Assembly (NCBI RefSeq): GCF_009914755.1
Contig: NC_060941.1
Length of the DNA: 64,000 bases
From: the human T2T-CHM13v2.0 reference genome, Homo sapiens
Strand: one strand, 5' to 3'
Positions 60,899 to 64,000 of this stretch are shown here, in pieces. The translations under genes were made by a program, and so were the position numbers. The notes beneath the pieces were generated by a model. The model had not been told where the DNA came from and ran no database searches. It saw only the letters and a program-made list of their open reading frames with translations. How positions within the stretch are numbered: position 1 is the first letter of the stretch; every line of letters starts with the position of its first letter.

Positions 60899-62347
60899 AA
60901 CCTACTTTCTGTGAAAGTCGGTGTATATGTTTTTTTAAATAAGACACAAGTATGTGGTAGAGTAGGGATTATCTAAGCAATTAGTCCCTATCATGGATGG
61001 TGAAGGTACTAATCAGTGTTTGGGAGGGAGTGGAGATAGCTTCCGTATATAGAGAGGTAATGCATTTTAAAATCATTTAGGGGACTTTTTCAAATAATCC
61101 TGTTTCTTCATGGTGAGATTCCCTGACACAGTGAGCCAATCAGGTTTGCTAAGGCAGAAAATGTTCGAGAGCCACTGTACTAGACAGCATGAAAGATGAC
61201 TGTTTTGTTGAAGCTTAATGGTAATTTTTCCATAATCCTGGTCCTTAAAAAGCAAAAAAAAGAACACATTAGAGTGTTGTTACTTTTCTCTCTCTCAATA
61301 GAAATGTTCCTAAACCAGCAAAGGAGGCTATCTGAATTTTTAAAAGTTTTTACGAAGGAACATAAAAATTCCTTTCTCTATCTTTTCCCACCTCTAGAAA
61401 TGCTTGAAATGAGATTCTGCCTTACGTCTCACAAATTAAATACCACATTTGTGTCTCACCCATCTCAGTTATGCTGTCTTGCATTTTAATCAATCCTGTT
61501 TCAGGACTTCTTTTGCTGCCTTGTGGCTGTTTCTTATGTTTGTCACTAATTCATAAGTTGGCTAACTTTTATATTTGTAGAGAATTTCTCAGTGATTTTC
61601 TTCTAGTTGGAGTTCCAGTGTGGTTTGATTTGGAGTGTCAAGATCTCTGTCCCATGCCTAGCCTTAGTCCTCAGTCTGTTTTACTGGGTTCACCACCTGG
61701 TTGTAGTACCAAATGCCCTTTTCCCTTTCCCTCTCTCCTTCCTCACTTCCTCAGTACTGCCCAAGTTCGTCAGACCCAATGATTTTATTCTTAAGCTAAT
61801 CTTATTTTTAATTTAGGTAATTCTGATTTCTGATTTGTAAAAGATAAATTTTCTTCTCCTTCATGTAGTAGGATTTTAATTTTGTAAATATTTAAATTCT
61901 CCATTAATGGTGTGTTAAATCTGCACTAAAACTGCTTCTTTACATGTTTTTAAATTTTTTCATTATGTTTTTAACACTTTTCTTACATGCAAAAAACACA
62001 ACCGTTAAACTTTTCTTATTAAAATGCAAAGCCTAGTGTCTTCTAGCTTTTTGAAGAGCTTTTGTCCATTATATAATCTGTCAAGTAGCCAAGAGTTCCT
62101 CAGAAGCAGGACATCATTTAGATTTAAAACAATTATGGCTTGTCTGTAAAATAATGTTGTAGCATAACCATTCATGGGATGGCAGCTACGATTTTACTTC
62201 AGTAAAATATCCTTGGATACTACCGCCATTTTATTTACCTTAAAGATTTTACCAAGGTACCCTAGAACAAAAATGGTGAGGTCATTTTGATTCTGCTAAA
62301 GTTGGTATGACTGGAAAGCCAAATGACACAGTTATGAGCATAGACCT

Positions 62348-62353
62348 TTTATT
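62348..62353 (-). terminator. Candidate OMG polyadenylation signal AATAAA (a second one at 62531-62536)
   Basis: TTTATT on + strand about 340 nt downstream of the OMG stop. Confidence 0.55.
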
Positions 62354-62693
62354 TTCCAGATGTTTGACAGTGTAAACATACATAAAATACATATTAAAGT
62401 TTAGATGCTTTATATTTTGTGCAATAAATTGAAGCCTTAAAACATTTCATTTTTTTTATAAAAGAAACTCATTAGTTTACTTAATTAAGACAGTAAAATA
62501 GCAGCAAGTACCAAGACATTGTGCATTTCTTTTATTTAAGACAAGTTACTTCATTTACATCAGAGTTAGAAATGTTAAGACTGGCTTTCTTGAATACTTA
62601 AATATAGCTCGAATCACTGGTTAGATATGGACATATTTTCCCAACTGTACATCAGGGAGGAGTGCTTTCATTAGTTTCAGAAAATGCAGACCC

Positions 62694-64000
62694 TCAGACA
62701 GCCAGCATGACCACAACATTGAGCAATAAGAGAAATGAAGCATTTACTTTCCAAGCATTTGCCACAGAAGGTAATGGAGTCTTTACATTTGTGGTTGTCT
62801 CTTCCCTCCATAAGTTAAGGGTTGTGCTTTGTTGAGGCATTTCAGAGAAATTATTTGGCATGCCACTAGTGATACTTAGGGTCATGGGTGTTGGGGATGA
62901 TTTTGTTGAGCTAGTGAGGCTTGTGTTTGTGACCATTCCATCTTGGAGATGAATAGTTAGAGTTGCAGCTGCTGCTTCATGTGAATTGATAGTCTCTGTG
63001 GATGTATCTTCTGGATAGGGCACAAAAGCCTTATCAGTGCTAGTAAAGGTGGTGTCTTTGCTTAGAGTGGCACCAAACGTTGTTTCCTTTGTTCGATATT
63101 GTTTGGGTATTTTGGTCACTTTGGGTTGAGTTACCACACTCAGAGAGTTAATGGTGTCCACTGTCTGCATCCCACTTACAGTGAATAAGCTTGAGGTAAA
63201 TCCAGAAGGTGTGGGATACATGTTATGTTCCTTTAAAGATGATATTTGGGTAGAACATGGAGTCCCTATCACATGGGCTTTTGTTTCCATCATCCACTTC
63301 AGTAAGTAAGTAATGTTTTGTTTGTGGTCACATGACCACCTGTTATTGTAAAGGGTTATCTCTTGCAACTGAAAGAGTTGGTCAAAAGATTGGTCTGGAA
63401 TGAATGTGAACTTATTGTTGTGCAGGTAAAGATGTGTGAGATTTGTCAGGTTTATTAATGTACCTGGAAGAATTTGTGTCAAAGAATTATTAGACAGGTC
63501 CACGATATGTAGTTTGGAGGGCATGTTGGTTGGAACTGTCCAAAGTTTGTTACTACTGAGGTTGAGAACCTCGAGACTTCTTAGTGTATTTTTAATGAGG
63601 ACAACCTTTTCCAGCATGTTCTTAGAAACATCCAGATATTTAAGATTCCACTGATAAGCAGTATCAGATTTGTCAAGAAGTTTAATGTTGTTGTTAGCAG
63701 CAGACATGTTCCACAGAGACCGAGGTAAGTGAGCAGGCAGGCTTTCAAGCCTGTTGTTTGAAATGTCCAGGGTCCTCAGATTGGTATATTGGGTTAACTG
63801 GTTATGCAGATCAGTAAAGTGGTTATAAGACAGGTTTAAATGTATAATATTCTCTTGCAGTCCAGATGGTAATGTAGACAAGTTTCTGCCTGAACAGTCC
63901 ACATGCCTGTGCCTCTCTGTGCATATACATTGGAGAGGACAAATGCATAAAATACCAGGTGTGAGAAACAGAAGGATGAACAGGCAGAGAGACATTTTCA
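62694..64000 (-). CDS. OMG: Oligodendrocyte myelin glycoprotein, single coding exon, nested antisense in NF1 intron 36; the first few codons lie beyond the window edge
   Basis: 433-aa ORF: signal peptide, LRRNT (CPLQCIC...C), tandem LxxLxLSxN LRRs, LRRCT-like WSCD...C, Ser/Thr-rich stalk, hydrophobic GPI tail; frame is open to the window end (..L-K-M-S-L). Confidence 0.97.
   Translation of the reverse strand, partial: KMSLCLFILLFLTPGILCICPLQCICTERHRHVDCSGRNLSTLPSGLQENIIHLNLSYNHFTDLHNQLTQYTNLRTLDISNNRLESLPAHLPRSLWNMSAANNNIKLLDKSDTAYQWNLKYLDVSKNMLEKVVLIKNTLRSLEVLNLSSNKLWTVPTNMPSKLHIVDLSNNSLTQILPGTLINLTNLTHLYLHNNKFTFIPDQSFDQLFQLQEITLYNNRWSCDHKQNITYLLKWMMETKAHVIGTPCSTQISSLKEHNMYPTPSGFTSSLFTVSGMQTVDTINSLSVVTQPKVTKIPKQYRTKETTFGATLSKDTTFTSTDKAFVPYPEDTSTETINSHEAAAATLTIHLQDGMVTNTSLTSSTKSSPTPMTLSITSGMPNNFSEMPQQSTTLNLWREETTTNVKTPLPSVANAWKVNASFLLLLNVVVMLAV

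Overview
Human genomic DNA from the NF1 locus (17q11.2; roughly hg38 chr17:31.23-31.30 Mb from memory). The + strand carries 11 consecutive in-frame NF1 coding exons (26-36; legacy 20-27b), including alternatively spliced exon 31/23a. They encode the RasGAP-related domain and the start of the Sec14-like domain. The first 31 kb of the large intron 36 (legacy 27b) follow, with the nested antisense gene OMG at the right edge (5' end outside the window). The rest is mostly Alu, L1, LTR and DNA-transposon relics. Main finding: at about 39.7-41.4 kb on the - strand there is what looks like a complete but disabled additional nested gene. It has a TATA+Inr core promoter, a 62-nt non-coding exon, an 811-nt intron, one coding exon and a poly(A) signal. 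Repairing three lesions gives a 175-aa protein: signal peptide, Asn/Pro/Ser/Thr repeat stalk, then a GPI-signal-like tail. This is the same strand and two-exon layout as OMG/EVI2A/EVI2B. Also found: an ancient EEF1A1 retrocopy fragment, a tailless 5S rRNA retrocopy with target-site duplication, a latent 105-nt poison exon in intron 30, and an L1 nested in an older L1. Repeat boundaries and subfamily names were assigned by eye and are approximate.
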